This document shows positions 63,289 through 64,000 of a stretch of DNA of 64,000 nucleotides, piece by piece. How positions within the stretch are numbered: position 1 is the stretch's first letter; each line of letters begins with the position of its first letter. A program made the position numbers and the translations under genes. Source of the stretch: Pristiophorus japonicus (taxonomy: Eukaryota); the NCBI RefSeq assembly GCF_044704955.1, contig NC_091986.1:41416001-41480000 (forward strand), written 5' to 3'. Below the pieces are notes generated by a model. The model searched no databases. It was given only the letters and a program-made list of their open reading frames with translations, and was not told where the DNA came from.

Positions 63289-64000
63289 GTAAGTGGTAGC
63301 TTGACTATTAGATTAACGCAGCCCATGTTAGACTTATTTATCGTTTTAAATTTTTTAATGGGGTTCTAGTTATCTGAGCATGATATACAATTACTTGGGA
63401 GAGACTTAAACATCAGGTTTAGATTAGCTGAGCATTGCGGGTGGAATAAAATGCAATGCCTACATTATTGCACAGTACGCCTGTAGTACCATTTTTATTC
63501 CTTTAGGTCCAGGCAGTGAGTATTATTTAAAATTCACATTTTTAAAAGGAAACCCAAGCTTTAGTCATTTTTAGGAACATAGTTATAATTTTAAAAATGT
63601 TATTTATTTGTTCATGGGATGTGGGCATCGCTGGTAAGGCCAGCATTTATTGACCATCCCTACTTGCCCTTGAGAAGGTGGTGGTGAGCTGCTGCCTTGA
63701 ACCGCTGTGGTCTGGAGTGAAGGTGCTCCCACAGTGCTGTTGGGAAGGGAGTCGTATACTTCTTTGTAGTGGTTTTGATACAATTGAGTGGCTTGCTGGG
63801 CTATTTTAGAGGAGCAGTTAAGAGTCAACCACATTGCTGTGGTTCTGGAGTCACGCATAGGCCAGACCGGATAAGGACGGCAGATTTCCTTCCCGAAAGG
63901 ACATTAGTGAACCAGATCGGTTTTTATGACAATCCAGGAGTTACTCGCTTTTTATTCCAAATTTATTTAATTATCTGAATTTGAACTTCCTAGCTGCATG

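Overview
Vertebrate genomic DNA, not prokaryotic. The repeat content (DeuSINE, CR1, L2, Penelope) points to a cartilaginous fish, but the species cannot be determined from this window. The main gene is importin-5 (IPO5, + strand). It has a CpG-island promoter at ~18.7-19.5 kb, ATG at 19399, and 17 coding exons to 63288 that I spliced by hand into an uninterrupted 681-codon frame; the gene runs off the right edge. Two phase-compatible exons (1-46 and 7884-8086) look like the 3' end of an unidentified upstream gene. The rest is mostly transposon debris: CR1/L2/RTE/Tx1 LINE fragments, DeuSINEs, Penelope ends with hammerhead-like motifs, a 3.2-kb gag-pro-only LTR element, two solo LTRs, and several PIF/Harbinger non-autonomous elements, three of which carry GC-rich minisatellites. 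I found no clearly new biological system. The best leads are a shared Tx1 junction in two solo LTRs, minisatellite-bearing Harbinger elements, a recursive-splice-like IPO5 exon 3, and the unidentified upstream gene. Exon, LTR and TIR boundaries were read base by base; LINE/SINE boundaries are approximate.
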